The notes: generated by a model not told the origin, from the letters alone. DNA of 64,000 bases from Candidatus Pacearchaeota archaeon (GCA_038869895.1 JAWCQE010000001.1:121879-185878), one strand, 5' to 3'; shown: positions 18,751 through 28,147, counted from the first letter of the stretch. Made by a program: numbers and translations.

Positions 18751-20607
18751 ATGGTGATTGAAAAAAAAGAAGAAAAATTGAAGAGAAAATTTACAAGTAA
18801 TTACTTTTTAGGTTTTAGTCTGTTTATTTTTTTTATTTTATTTTTTTCATCTTATGTCACGGCGCAGACAACGACAGTATGCTGTGAAAAAACTTTAAAT
18901 GGAGCTTACTGCCAGAATTCCATTCAAAGCCAGTGTGATTCAAGATTTTTAAGTTCACAAACAAGCTGTGATGCGACTTCTTTCTGTCAATTAGGAGTTT
19001 GTTATGATAGTGATGATGGATTATGTATGAATAATGTTCCTCAAAGGGCATGTGAAGAAGCAAACGGATTGTGGACAAGTGATGCAAATCCTCCCCAATG
19101 CAATTTAGGATGTTGTATTCTTGGGCAGCAGGCTTCTTTTACAACTCTTCAAAGATGTAAGAAATTATCTGGAACTTACGGACTTCAAGTGGATTTCAGA
19201 ACAGACATCAAAGACGAAGTTTCTTGTATTGCAGTTGCAAATGCACAAGACATTGGAGCTTGTGTTTTTGAGTCAGAATTTACAAGAACCTGTAAATTTG
19301 TTACAAGAGCTGAATGTGGCACTTCAATGAACTCAACAAATTCAGGAGTAGTTCCTAATACGCAATTTTTCAAGGATTTTTTATGTACTTCAGAACAGCT
19401 TAATACAAACTGCCAGAGAACCTCAAAAACTTCTTGTTTTGAAGGAGAGGATGAAGTTTATTTTATTGATAGCTGTGGGAATAAGGCTAATATTTATGAT
19501 GCTTCAAGAATAAATGATAAAAATTATTGGGAAAAAAGAGTTCCTAAAAGTCAGAGCTGCACTGCCTCTAGGAATTCTAGAAGTTGTGGAAACTGCGATT
19601 ATCTTGAAGGAAGTATTTGTTCTAAAGCTAAAGATTCTGGTGTTAAGCCAGCTTATGGCGAATTTATCTGTAGGGATATAAATTGTTATAGTACTTCAAA
19701 TGGAAAAAATTACAAAAATGGGGAGTCATGGTGTTTTTACGACAATAATAATAAAGGGGATGATAGGGTTGGAAGTAGACATTTTAGGCATATTTGTTTT
19801 ATGGGAGAGGAAATTGTAGAACCATGCGCTGATTATAGGCAAGAAACATGCATTGAAGATTCGATAAATGTTGAGGGCGGTGGAACTTTTCTACAAGCAG
19901 GATGTGTTGTGAATAGGTGGCATGATTGTTTGTTGCAGAAAAGAATTGAAGATTGCCAAAATACTGATTTAAGAGATTGTAAATGGATTCCGGTTTCTGA
20001 AGAACCTGAAGAGATAGCAAAAGGGATAATTGATGCATCTTTAAATAAAATTACAAATGGATTTTCTGGATTATTAATGAATGTTATTGAAAAAGATGAA
20101 AGAGATAAAGGGGCTTGTGTTCCAGATATTGCTCCAGGACTTGAATTTTGGGGGGAGTCGGCGGCATCTCAGTGTGACTTAGTAAGTTCAAGTTGTGTTA
20201 TAACTTATGAAAAGACGTTAATTGGAGGAAAAAAGTGTGTTAAGAATTGCTTTTGTGATATAAAAGAAAACCCACAAACAGCAATTCAGGCATTGAATAT
20301 ATGTTCCTCTATAGGAGACTGCGGACCAGGAGCAAATTATATAGGAAAATTTGTTAATAATGGTTATGAACTAAGAATAGATGACAAAAAAATAGGTCCT
20401 GAACTTAATTTAGGAATTTTTACTGCTTCTCCTGTTCAAAGTGGAAGTCCTGCAAATCCCTCTACAAATCCCTCTTTTGAACAAAGAAGAGAATTTTCAA
20501 CAGCAACACAACAGACATTTCAAACTCAAACCTCAACTGCAACTTCAACAACAGGAAATATTATCAAAGATATAATAACTGAAACATATAAACAACTTGG
20601 AAAATAA
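18751..20607 (+). CDS. Cysteine-rich secreted protein, homolog of the N-terminal half of the giant protein (cassette copy 2, module 1)
   Basis: Signal peptide ...SSYVTA|QTTTVCC. Matches copy 1 motifs SRHFRHICFMGEEIVEPCADYRQETC and IGDCGPGANYIGK. It ends at a TAA immediately followed by the ATG of the next ORF. Confidence 0.65.
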   Translation: MVIEKKEEKLKRKFTSNYFLGFSLFIFFILFFSSYVTAQTTTVCCEKTLNGAYCQNSIQSQCDSRFLSSQTSCDATSFCQLGVCYDSDDGLCMNNVPQRACEEANGLWTSDANPPQCNLGCCILGQQASFTTLQRCKKLSGTYGLQVDFRTDIKDEVSCIAVANAQDIGACVFESEFTRTCKFVTRAECGTSMNSTNSGVVPNTQFFKDFLCTSEQLNTNCQRTSKTSCFEGEDEVYFIDSCGNKANIYDASRINDKNYWEKRVPKSQSCTASRNSRSCGNCDYLEGSICSKAKDSGVKPAYGEFICRDINCYSTSNGKNYKNGESWCFYDNNNKGDDRVGSRHFRHICFMGEEIVEPCADYRQETCIEDSINVEGGGTFLQAGCVVNRWHDCLLQKRIEDCQNTDLRDCKWIPVSEEPEEIAKGIIDASLNKITNGFSGLLMNVIEKDERDKGACVPDIAPGLEFWGESAASQCDLVSSSCVITYEKTLIGGKKCVKNCFCDIKENPQTAIQALNICSSIGDCGPGANYIGKFVNNGYELRIDDKKIGPELNLGIFTASPVQSGSPANPSTNPSFEQRREFSTATQQTFQTQTSTATSTTGNIIKDIITETYKQLGK

Positions 20608-22692
20608 ATGGAGAATAAAAAGTTAAGAAGAATGAAAAAAAAGGGAATAAAAAAAAGTGAAGGATTATTTTTAATAGCGAATATTCTTTTAGGGATTTTT
20701 GCCTTTGCGTTTATTATGAACGTTGAAGTTGTTAGAGGGCAGGCGGACGGAGTAGGTTCTAATGGAGATGAGGAGGGGAAAGTTGAGGACCAGAATGGGA
20801 TTGGCAATAAGGGGGGGAAAACAGGGGAAGAAAAAGGATCTAAAAAATTTAAAATAGGTAATTTCACAAAATCAGCAAGTTATATAACAGGAGGACTTGC
20901 GTTAGGACAAATTATAAAAGAACTTGCTGGTGATGAACCATGGGGGGATGCATTAGGGAATGCGTTGGGAGTTGCTGGAGGAGTTTCAGGTTTTTCTAGT
21001 TTATTTCCTGAAAAAACCTTTTTAGGAGGTAATGCTCATTTATTAGGGGTAGGGGCAGGAATACTAACTTTTATTTTAACATACAAGAAAATTGAATATG
21101 AAACTGTTTTTTTTACATGTCAACCATGGGAAGCTCCTATTGGAGGGAATGACTGTGAGAAATGTAATGATGGAGTCCATCCATGTTCTGAATATAGGTG
21201 CAAGAGTTTAGGACAGGCTTGTGATTTAGTTAATAAAGGAACTGAAAAGGAACTCTGCGTCTGGACAAATCCAAGAGATGTAAATAGTCCTTCAATAAGG
21301 CCACTTGAAAGCGCTTTAAGTCCAGGATATAGATATGTTCCTTTAGGGGCAAGGCCTCCTAATTGGGGAACTCAAATAAAACCTTTGGGAGACGATTGTA
21401 TTCCTCCATTTACTCCAATACAATTTGGAATACAAACAGACAAACCTTCTCAATGTAAGATTGACTTTTTAATTCTTGGAGGAGCGGGAGATGTTGATGT
21501 AAAACCAAAAGGATACGATGATATGAAATTCTTTTTTGGCATGAGTAATTTATATGATTATAATCATATTCAATCTTTGAGCTTGCCAAGTCCTAATACT
21601 ATAAATAAAGTTGATGAATTAAGGCAGAATGAAACAGGAGGTTTAGAAATACAAAATGATGGCATATATAACTTATATGTGCGATGTAGAAGTGCGAATG
21701 GATTTTATAATGCAGACCCTTATAAAATAAATTTCTGTGTTCAGAAAGGGCCAGACTTAACTCCTCCAGAAATTGTTGAAACAAGCATAAGAAACGGACA
21801 GCCTATAAACTTTGAAGCGGATAATGTAACTTTAAGTGTATTTACAAACGAACCTGTAAATTGCAAATGGTCAAGAGATAATGATTTAAGTTTTGAGAGT
21901 ATGAATAATGAAATGATATGCGCTAATAACCTTCAGGATATAAGAAATAATATGCTTTATGAGTGTAGAACTAGATTGACTGGAATAAAAGATAGGCAGG
22001 ATAATTTATTTTATTTCAGATGTGAAGACCAGCCTTGGGAATCTCCAAGCAATAGAAATAAAATGTCTAGAGGATATCAATTTGTCTTAAAAGGAACACA
22101 GCCTTTGAATATTAAACAAGATTCAATAAAGCCAATATCAGGGAGCATTTTAACAGGAGCGACTTCAACAATTCCTATAACTCTGGAAGTTGAAACTCAA
22201 AATGGATTTAATGAGGGAGAATCTGTTTGTCTTTATAGTTTGAATAATGAAACTTTCATAAGATTTTTTGAAACAAATTCATTTAAGCACAAGCAGACTC
22301 AAGATTTAACTCAGGGAGAATATACTTATTATATAAGATGTGTGGATTTAGGAGGAAATCAAGATTATGGTATTACAACTTTCAGTGTTTTTGTTGACAC
22401 TCAAGCACCATTAATTACAAGAGTCCTAAATGATAATAATAAACTTAAGATAATTACAGATGAGGAAGCAGTATGTAGATATACAAATGATATAAATACA
22501 AGATGCAATTTTGACATTAACGAGGGAGAGGGAAATCCAATGCAATATCCTTCTCAAAATCAGAGAAAAGAACATCTTGCAATGTGGAATACAAAAGAGA
22601 CTTATTATATCAAATGTATGGATATTAACAATAGACAACCGAATCCGACAGAATGTTCAATAATTGTTCGTCCTGTTGAGTTAAGAGAATAA
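20608..22692 (+). CDS. Cysteine-containing surface protein, homolog of the C-terminal half of the giant protein (cassette copy 2, module 2)
   Basis: Own N-terminal Lys-rich plus TM segment, then a Gly-rich stretch. TCQPWEAPIGGNDCEKCNDGVHPCSEYRCKSLGQACDLVNKG aligns to QCLPWQRPKGGTDCEKCDDDPLKPCSRYRCESLGARCTLINEG of copy 1. YKINFCVQKGPD and TQAPLITRVLNDNNKLKIITDEEAVCRY are also shared. Confidence 0.65.
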   Translation: MENKKLRRMKKKGIKKSEGLFLIANILLGIFAFAFIMNVEVVRGQADGVGSNGDEEGKVEDQNGIGNKGGKTGEEKGSKKFKIGNFTKSASYITGGLALGQIIKELAGDEPWGDALGNALGVAGGVSGFSSLFPEKTFLGGNAHLLGVGAGILTFILTYKKIEYETVFFTCQPWEAPIGGNDCEKCNDGVHPCSEYRCKSLGQACDLVNKGTEKELCVWTNPRDVNSPSIRPLESALSPGYRYVPLGARPPNWGTQIKPLGDDCIPPFTPIQFGIQTDKPSQCKIDFLILGGAGDVDVKPKGYDDMKFFFGMSNLYDYNHIQSLSLPSPNTINKVDELRQNETGGLEIQNDGIYNLYVRCRSANGFYNADPYKINFCVQKGPDLTPPEIVETSIRNGQPINFEADNVTLSVFTNEPVNCKWSRDNDLSFESMNNEMICANNLQDIRNNMLYECRTRLTGIKDRQDNLFYFRCEDQPWESPSNRNKMSRGYQFVLKGTQPLNIKQDSIKPISGSILTGATSTIPITLEVETQNGFNEGESVCLYSLNNETFIRFFETNSFKHKQTQDLTQGEYTYYIRCVDLGGNQDYGITTFSVFVDTQAPLITRVLNDNNKLKIITDEEAVCRYTNDINTRCNFDINEGEGNPMQYPSQNQRKEHLAMWNTKETYYIKCMDINNRQPNPTECSIIVRPVELRE

Positions 22693-22848
22693 GATTAAAA
22701 GTCCATATTATAAAGAGAAATCTGATGAAGTCAAGTTTTGTTTGTTATAATTTATAATTGAACGAAGTTCCTTCTTATACGAACTAATTAAGTGGCAATA
22801 TTATAAAAAATATATAAAGGATTACAATATTTTCATTTGTGAGAATAA

Positions 22849-23541
22849 TCAAGCAAGATAATCTATAGTTAGTTTTGGTGCTATATCTAGTAAGCCAGTT
22901 CTTTGGGCAAGTTCCCTAGAAATAAATCCCACTCCGTGGTCATCGCCGCCATACCCATCATCAATGTCTCTCCCTTTAATAGTGAATCCGTAATTTGGTT
23001 CTCCAGCAACCCAACCTCGGACAGCTTGTTTAACATCCCAGTTATGGACTCTTCCATCTAAAATAATTCTTGAAGAAGAAATAAATTCCATATGATTAAA
23101 AGAAGAATTATGAGTTAAACCTCCTTCTTGCCAAGGATTTAAGGTAAGTTTATCAATATCTACTGTAGCTATTGGTTGTATACGGGACGCTGTTATTACA
23201 GAACTCATGGAAAAAATTGCACTATCAATCCTTGCATTTCTTGGGATACTTGAAACGTCAAATTTTACATACCCTCTAAAACTTGCACTACGTTGTGGAG
23301 TGTGGATTTCACCAGTTTGTATAATATCTTCTCTTCCGTAATTTGTTGCAGGATTTTCAGAACTTGTATAAGTATCTCCAATGGCATATAAAACAATGGA
23401 ATGGAACTCTCCGTTTCCACCTCCTCCTCCGCCTCCGTCTCCCCCTCCAGGGTTGCTAGAAGGACAACCTGCTATTATCCAGTAGCCTGCTAATCCTAAA
23501 GTTTTTAAAATTTCCCTTCTTGTAATTATATCCCCCTTCAT
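22849..23541 (-). CDS. Tat-signal lipoprotein-like secreted protein with a Gly-rich linker and a DNRLRE/CBM96-like beta-sandwich domain
   Basis: Twin-arginine motif TRREILKTLGLAG followed by AGC (lipobox-like), then GGGDGGGGGGGNG. The domain pattern IGDTYTSSENPATNYG...YVKFDVSSIP...IDSAIFSMS resembles DNRLRE-type domains. Confidence 0.45.
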   Translation of the reverse strand: MKGDIITRREILKTLGLAGYWIIAGCPSSNPGGGDGGGGGGGNGEFHSIVLYAIGDTYTSSENPATNYGREDIIQTGEIHTPQRSASFRGYVKFDVSSIPRNARIDSAIFSMSSVITASRIQPIATVDIDKLTLNPWQEGGLTHNSSFNHMEFISSSRIILDGRVHNWDVKQAVRGWVAGEPNYGFTIKGRDIDDGYGGDDHGVGFISRELAQRTGLLDIAPKLTIDYLA

Positions 23542-23838
23542 TTTTTTATTTAAAATTAAGAGTTTAAATATTTTTCCTTTTGATGTGGTTTGTAAAGTAA
23601 ATCCTTAAATCAAGTTACTTTTTTTACAAAGGGTAATTATTTTACGAAACTTATTCAGATGAATTGTAAATGAATCTTCAAATTTGATTTTATTTATAGG
23701 GCAATATCGATATCTTACAAATAGCAAGATTAGATAAGGTATTTTTATCAATATTAAATTTATTTATATATTATAGAAATTACAAATTTTACTATTTATT
23801 TTATACTTTTAAGTATAATTAATTATTATAAATAGAAT

Positions 23839-24969
23839 CTATTCTGTTCTAAAATGATGTTCTATATATTCAACCATCTCGCGAGCTGAAAGTTTAACAC
23901 TTGCTGGCCCATTTCTTATGTAAAATTCCTCTTCATTTTGAAATTTTACAAAAACAGGCTTTTTTGATTTTTGACATTCAATCTTTAGAACATGTTTATC
24001 ATCTACTGGAAAGAGTTCAAATTCAATAAAATGGAGATATTCATTTCCTATGTATTTTTTAAGAAGATTTGTGAAATGAAGATTTAGCGAATCATTATCT
24101 TTGAAATTATCCTTTTCCAATCCACATATTTTTCCATTGTCATTTACTCCTATTAATAATGTTCCTCCTTCTGTATTGAGAAAAGCAGAAATAGTTTTTA
24201 TTGTAGAATATTCGATTTTGCTATCAATCTCATTTGTATGAAGATTTGTCCTTAATGTTGATTTAAATTCGAGATTTTTTGATTCTCCAACACTTATTAT
24301 TTTTTTTATTTCATCAGAAGATTCTTCCAAAGTATTTCTAATTCTAAAAAATCGCTTATATCTCTCAATTTGTTTTGAAACAAACTTAGAGATTATTTTT
24401 ATTTCTCCATTTTGTATATATGAATATCCGATTAGTGATATTATAAACGCCCCGAATGTGTTTGTTATAATGTCTTTCATTGTGTCAATATTGGACTTTT
24501 GCATTTTGAATCCAAAGAGATTGTCAATTGAAAATTCAATTATTTCCCATAATACCCCTACAGCAATTGTAAAACAGAAAGTCAGGAATGAAATAATCAA
24601 TGGATTTGCTTTTATTTTCCTATCCCTATACAGAGCATATAATATAATAAGTCCGACAATTCCAAGAACGCTTGCTGCAATAAGATTAAGGGCAATATCC
24701 CACCACCAAAACTCAGCAAAAAATCCTCTCACTTCACTTAGAAAAAGGATTCCATAAATTGATAGTATGATTATTATTTCATAAATCGCAGGAAAATTAA
24801 CTCCAAGCGTTTTCAATACTTTTGGAACAAATGTTGCAACAAATCCTATTAACGAAAAGACCATTACAAGATTTCTTCCATAATAAATTGAACTTATGAA
24901 GGCTAAAGCAAGGAGCCCTCTTATTAAATTAATCACCAAAAATTTAACTTTCTCTCTTTCCTCTCCCAT
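23839..24969 (-). CDS. Polytopic membrane protein with a C-terminal Schlafen/AlbA_2-type (divergent AAA-4-like) putative nucleic-acid-binding domain
   Basis: About six N-terminal TM helices. The C-terminal ...VGESKNLEFKSTL...ISAFLNTEGGTLLIGVNDNGKICGLEKD... matches the AlbA_2/Schlafen core (ExxxLEFK ... NxxGGxLxxGVxDxGxxxG). Confidence 0.55.
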   Translation of the reverse strand: MGEEREKVKFLVINLIRGLLALAFISSIYYGRNLVMVFSLIGFVATFVPKVLKTLGVNFPAIYEIIIILSIYGILFLSEVRGFFAEFWWWDIALNLIAASVLGIVGLIILYALYRDRKIKANPLIISFLTFCFTIAVGVLWEIIEFSIDNLFGFKMQKSNIDTMKDIITNTFGAFIISLIGYSYIQNGEIKIISKFVSKQIERYKRFFRIRNTLEESSDEIKKIISVGESKNLEFKSTLRTNLHTNEIDSKIEYSTIKTISAFLNTEGGTLLIGVNDNGKICGLEKDNFKDNDSLNLHFTNLLKKYIGNEYLHFIEFELFPVDDKHVLKIECQKSKKPVFVKFQNEEEFYIRNGPASVKLSAREMVEYIEHHFRTE

Positions 24970-25159
24970 CTTTTTTTAAAAATTTTTTAGTATAAATAAA
25001 TATTGGAATTGATAAAATGGTGCAATCAATAATTTTTTTAAATGCCCCTAATTTTTTTATAAATTAATCTATGAAATTTGATATGCAGGCTTAAATCTAA
25101 TATTTAATGATATATAAGATAAAAAGGTTTAATAATATGATTTTATTTTAGAATAATTA

Positions 25160-25648
25160 ATGAAAAGAGGACAATTTCAACTTGGATTTGGAATGATTTT
25201 CTCTATTATATTGATAATTGCATTTATAATTGTTGCATTTATTGCTTTCAAAGCTTTTTTTGGAGTGAGGTGTTCTACTGAACAAGGAAGATTTATTTAT
25301 GAACTTCAGAATGAAATTGACAGGATATGGAAAGGCTCGGGCGAGGATAGGATTAAGGAATTTAAAATTTTAGGATGTGATTTTGATTATGTTTGTTTTT
25401 GGGATCCAAATGTTCCTTCAAGAGGAAATTTCAGAACTTTTGAAGACGATTTCAGTATTTTTACAGGAGATGAAGGAAACCATAATTTATATTTTTATCC
25501 AAGAAAAAAAGTAGAAATTTCTTCAACCTTGATAAAGCATATTAATATGGATTTTAGAGAGAATCCTGTATGTTTTAGAAACGAGGAGAATTCTGTTAAA
25601 ATAAGACTCAGCAAAAACATTGACGAAGATTTAGTAAGAGTCTCATAA
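25160..25648 (+). CDS. Pilin-like protein (class III signal peptide); first gene of the plus-strand pilin-like operon
   Basis: N-terminus MKRG|QFQLGFGMIFSIILIIAFIIVAFIAF. Confidence 0.6.
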   Translation: MKRGQFQLGFGMIFSIILIIAFIIVAFIAFKAFFGVRCSTEQGRFIYELQNEIDRIWKGSGEDRIKEFKILGCDFDYVCFWDPNVPSRGNFRTFEDDFSIFTGDEGNHNLYFYPRKKVEISSTLIKHINMDFRENPVCFRNEENSVKIRLSKNIDEDLVRVS

Positions 25649-25649
25649 A

Positions 25650-26600
25650 ATGAATAAAAATGGTTTTGAGTTCAGCTTTGCATGGCTGTTTGCGATAATT
25701 GCTGGTGCAGCTGTGCTTTTTCTTGCAATTTTTTTTGCAACAAAATATGTTTCAACAAGCGAATTTGAAATTAATACAAAAATTGCAGCCGAATTTGTAA
25801 ATGTTCTTAATCCTTTGCAAACAAGTGTTTATGATTCATCTGCAATAAATGTATTTCTCCCATCTGAAGCGAGAATTTTTACTTCATGCGATAGTGGAGG
25901 AAATTTTGGAAGAAGTATTGTAACTTTTTCCGAAAAAATAGGTTTTGGTGAAAAATTTTCAAGGGCAGGCAATCCAATCTCAACTGAAAATTCATATTTA
26001 TTTGCTGAAAATATTATTGAAGGAAAAAAGATTAATTTTCTTGTTTTCTCTTTAAAAATGCCTTACAAAATTGGGGATATTCTTATAGCTTATTCTGATT
26101 CTTACTGCTTTGTAAATGCCCCAAGAAATATTGAGAGAGAACTTGGAGATTTAACAGAAGGAAATAGTTTTGATGTCATATTCACTTCAAATAAAAATGC
26201 CTGTCCTGAAAGTAAGCCTGTGTGTTTTGGAGGTTTTGAATGTGATATAAATGTAAGATGCAACGACAATGAATGTTTAAGTGGATTTGTAAGAAAGGAT
26301 GGAATGGATAATTATTTTACTGGAAAACTTTTATACGGAGCGATATTTTCGTCAAGGGAAAATTATGAGTGTAATGTTAAGAGATTAATGAAGAGGCTTG
26401 AATCAGTTAGCACTATTTATTCTAAAAAATCCCAGTTTATAGCTTCAAGAGGATGCACTAATACAAATTTGCTTCCATTAATTGAATCTCTTAGAGAATC
26501 TTCTGGAGAATTTGAAAGGCTTGAAAACCTCCCACAAATTTCCTCTATTGCAGACGAAGTAAATGAAAAAAATAAATATCTTGAATGCCAGTTATTTTAA
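25650..26600 (+). CDS. Pilin-like protein (class III signal peptide), Cys-containing
   Basis: N-terminus MNKNG|FEFSFAWLFAIIAGAAVLFLAIFF. It starts 2 nt after the upstream stop. Confidence 0.55.
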   Translation: MNKNGFEFSFAWLFAIIAGAAVLFLAIFFATKYVSTSEFEINTKIAAEFVNVLNPLQTSVYDSSAINVFLPSEARIFTSCDSGGNFGRSIVTFSEKIGFGEKFSRAGNPISTENSYLFAENIIEGKKINFLVFSLKMPYKIGDILIAYSDSYCFVNAPRNIERELGDLTEGNSFDVIFTSNKNACPESKPVCFGGFECDINVRCNDNECLSGFVRKDGMDNYFTGKLLYGAIFSSRENYECNVKRLMKRLESVSTIYSKKSQFIASRGCTNTNLLPLIESLRESSGEFERLENLPQISSIADEVNEKNKYLECQLF

Positions 26601-27125
26601 ATGAAAGATAAAAAAGCCCAATTAAAGATAAAGCAGATGATTTTTATGCTTCTAGCTCTAACTATTTTTTTTGTTCTTGTTGCTTTGTTTTTTATCTCAA
26701 TAAAATCAATTAACCTTGAGAAAGAGGTTGTTGAATTAAAAAGAGATAGAGCTTCTAACTTAGTTGAAAAACTTTCTTCAACTCCGGAATTTATATTTGA
26801 AAACAAACCAAATTCAATTGATGCAGATAAACTTATTATCCTTCAAAGTGAAAGTATATATAGAACGAGAACGGATTCGACTTTTTGGGGAGTTGAGGGG
26901 ATAATAGTAAGAAGAATTTATCCGAAAGAAAGAGAGATTGAATGCACTAAATTTAACTATCCTGAATGTAATATTATCAAACTTTTTACAGAAAAAAATA
27001 CAAGTCCAACTTCAAGTTTCGTTTCATGGTGTAGAAAACAAAGTCTTGAAGGAAGGACGTATGATAAATGCGAACTTGCAGAACTTATGATAATTGAGGA
27101 AAAAATAAATGAAGCTCAAGACTAA
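26601..27125 (+). CDS. Pilin-like protein (class III signal peptide)
   Basis: N-terminus MKDKKAQLKIKQMIFMLLALTIFFVLVALFFI. Start abuts the upstream stop. Confidence 0.55.
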   Translation: MKDKKAQLKIKQMIFMLLALTIFFVLVALFFISIKSINLEKEVVELKRDRASNLVEKLSSTPEFIFENKPNSIDADKLIILQSESIYRTRTDSTFWGVEGIIVRRIYPKEREIECTKFNYPECNIIKLFTEKNTSPTSSFVSWCRKQSLEGRTYDKCELAELMIIEEKINEAQD

Positions 27126-27609
27126 AAAATCGCAGGAAGAAATAGTCGGGTTTGTTTTAATAGTTGTCCTTATTGCTATTATCGGAGTTATATTTTTAGG
27201 GATATCCTTAAGAAAGGATTCAGGTAAGGTTAATGAAAGCCAAAAAATTGCAAGCCTTATAACTTCAATATCTCATTTGACAACTCAGTGTCAGATAAAT
27301 TCAAATTTCCAAGATGTAAGTGATTTAATAAATGGGTGTGCTAATAGAAGAATTTGCGATGATTCAAAGCCTACTTGTGAAGTCTTAAAAACCACTCTTG
27401 ATGAGGTTATGAAAGCAAGTTATGTTGTAACTGATAAAAGCTTTACAACACATTATAATTTAACAATAAATAATAAATTTGATAATACTATTTTAATAGA
27501 GCCGGTAATTTCAGGAAAAGTTGAAAGATGTCTTGGAAGAAAACTCGTAAATGAAAAAAATTTTGGCAGAGATTTATCAATGAGGATTGAAGTCTGTTTT
27601 AATGAATAA
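27109..27609 (+). CDS. Pilin-like protein (class III signal peptide)
   Basis: N-terminus MKLKTKKSQEEIVGFVLIVVLIAIIGVIFLGI. Overlaps the upstream gene by 17 nt. Confidence 0.55.
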   Translation: MKLKTKKSQEEIVGFVLIVVLIAIIGVIFLGISLRKDSGKVNESQKIASLITSISHLTTQCQINSNFQDVSDLINGCANRRICDDSKPTCEVLKTTLDEVMKASYVVTDKSFTTHYNLTINNKFDNTILIEPVISGKVERCLGRKLVNEKNFGRDLSMRIEVCFNE

Positions 27610-27661
27610 TTCATTAAACTTGAAATGTTGCTGGAACTCTAAGAAACCCGCTGGAGGTTTG

Positions 27662-28015
27662 TTAAATTCGCACAATAATGTTAATAGTATTGGCAGTCAA
27701 CACTGGCTTATGAGTTATCCTTCCGTTATGTTGTTCTGCTACTAAATCAATTAAGCCAAATTTTCTTAATAAAAGGACATCCTCTCTTAATGTTTTGAAA
27801 TCTCTATTTAATATTTTTGCTAAAGAGTAAAGGGATTTTGGTTGTTTCATTTTGATTGTATGTAATAATCTTGCTTTTTCATTACTTAGTAACTTCCTCA
27901 ATATTGATAAATCTTTAATGTTATAATCTTCTTTACTTCCTGTGAATTTTCTAAACACAGAGGCAAATGTCCCAGCTTTCTCGTATATATCTATTATCCT
28001 TGTTTTGTCAACCAT
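27662..28015 (-). CDS. Winged-helix transcriptional regulator (MarR/TrmB-like small HTH protein), divergent from the S-layer-like gene
   Basis: ...DLSILRKLLSNEKARLLHTIKMKQPKSLYSLAKILNRDFKTLREDVLLLRKFGLIDL... has a wHTH pattern. 117 aa. Confidence 0.45.
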   Translation of the reverse strand: MVDKTRIIDIYEKAGTFASVFRKFTGSKEDYNIKDLSILRKLLSNEKARLLHTIKMKQPKSLYSLAKILNRDFKTLREDVLLLRKFGLIDLVAEQHNGRITHKPVLTANTINIIVRI

Positions 28016-28084
28016 TTTTTTTGCCTTGTATTTCCATTTTTATTTTCTTTGGCTAAATTTTTTCACCAATAAATTTAATTATTT

Positions 28085-28111
28085 TATATATGGTTTTCTT
28101 TGCCATATATA
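28085..28111. promoter_or_regulatory. Palindrome TATATATGG-N9-CCATATATA in the divergent intergenic region
   Basis: Perfect 9-bp arms read from the sequence (28085-28093 and 28103-28111). Confidence 0.5.
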
Positions 28112-28147
28112 TTTAATTTCTTTATAAATTAAATTATTATTTTATTA

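Noticed and set aside
11526-23600. Calling the region after the tRNAs a prophage or integrated element outright
   Set aside because: No integrase, recombinase, capsid or terminase gene and no att repeats were seen. It is retained only as a low-confidence hypothesis.
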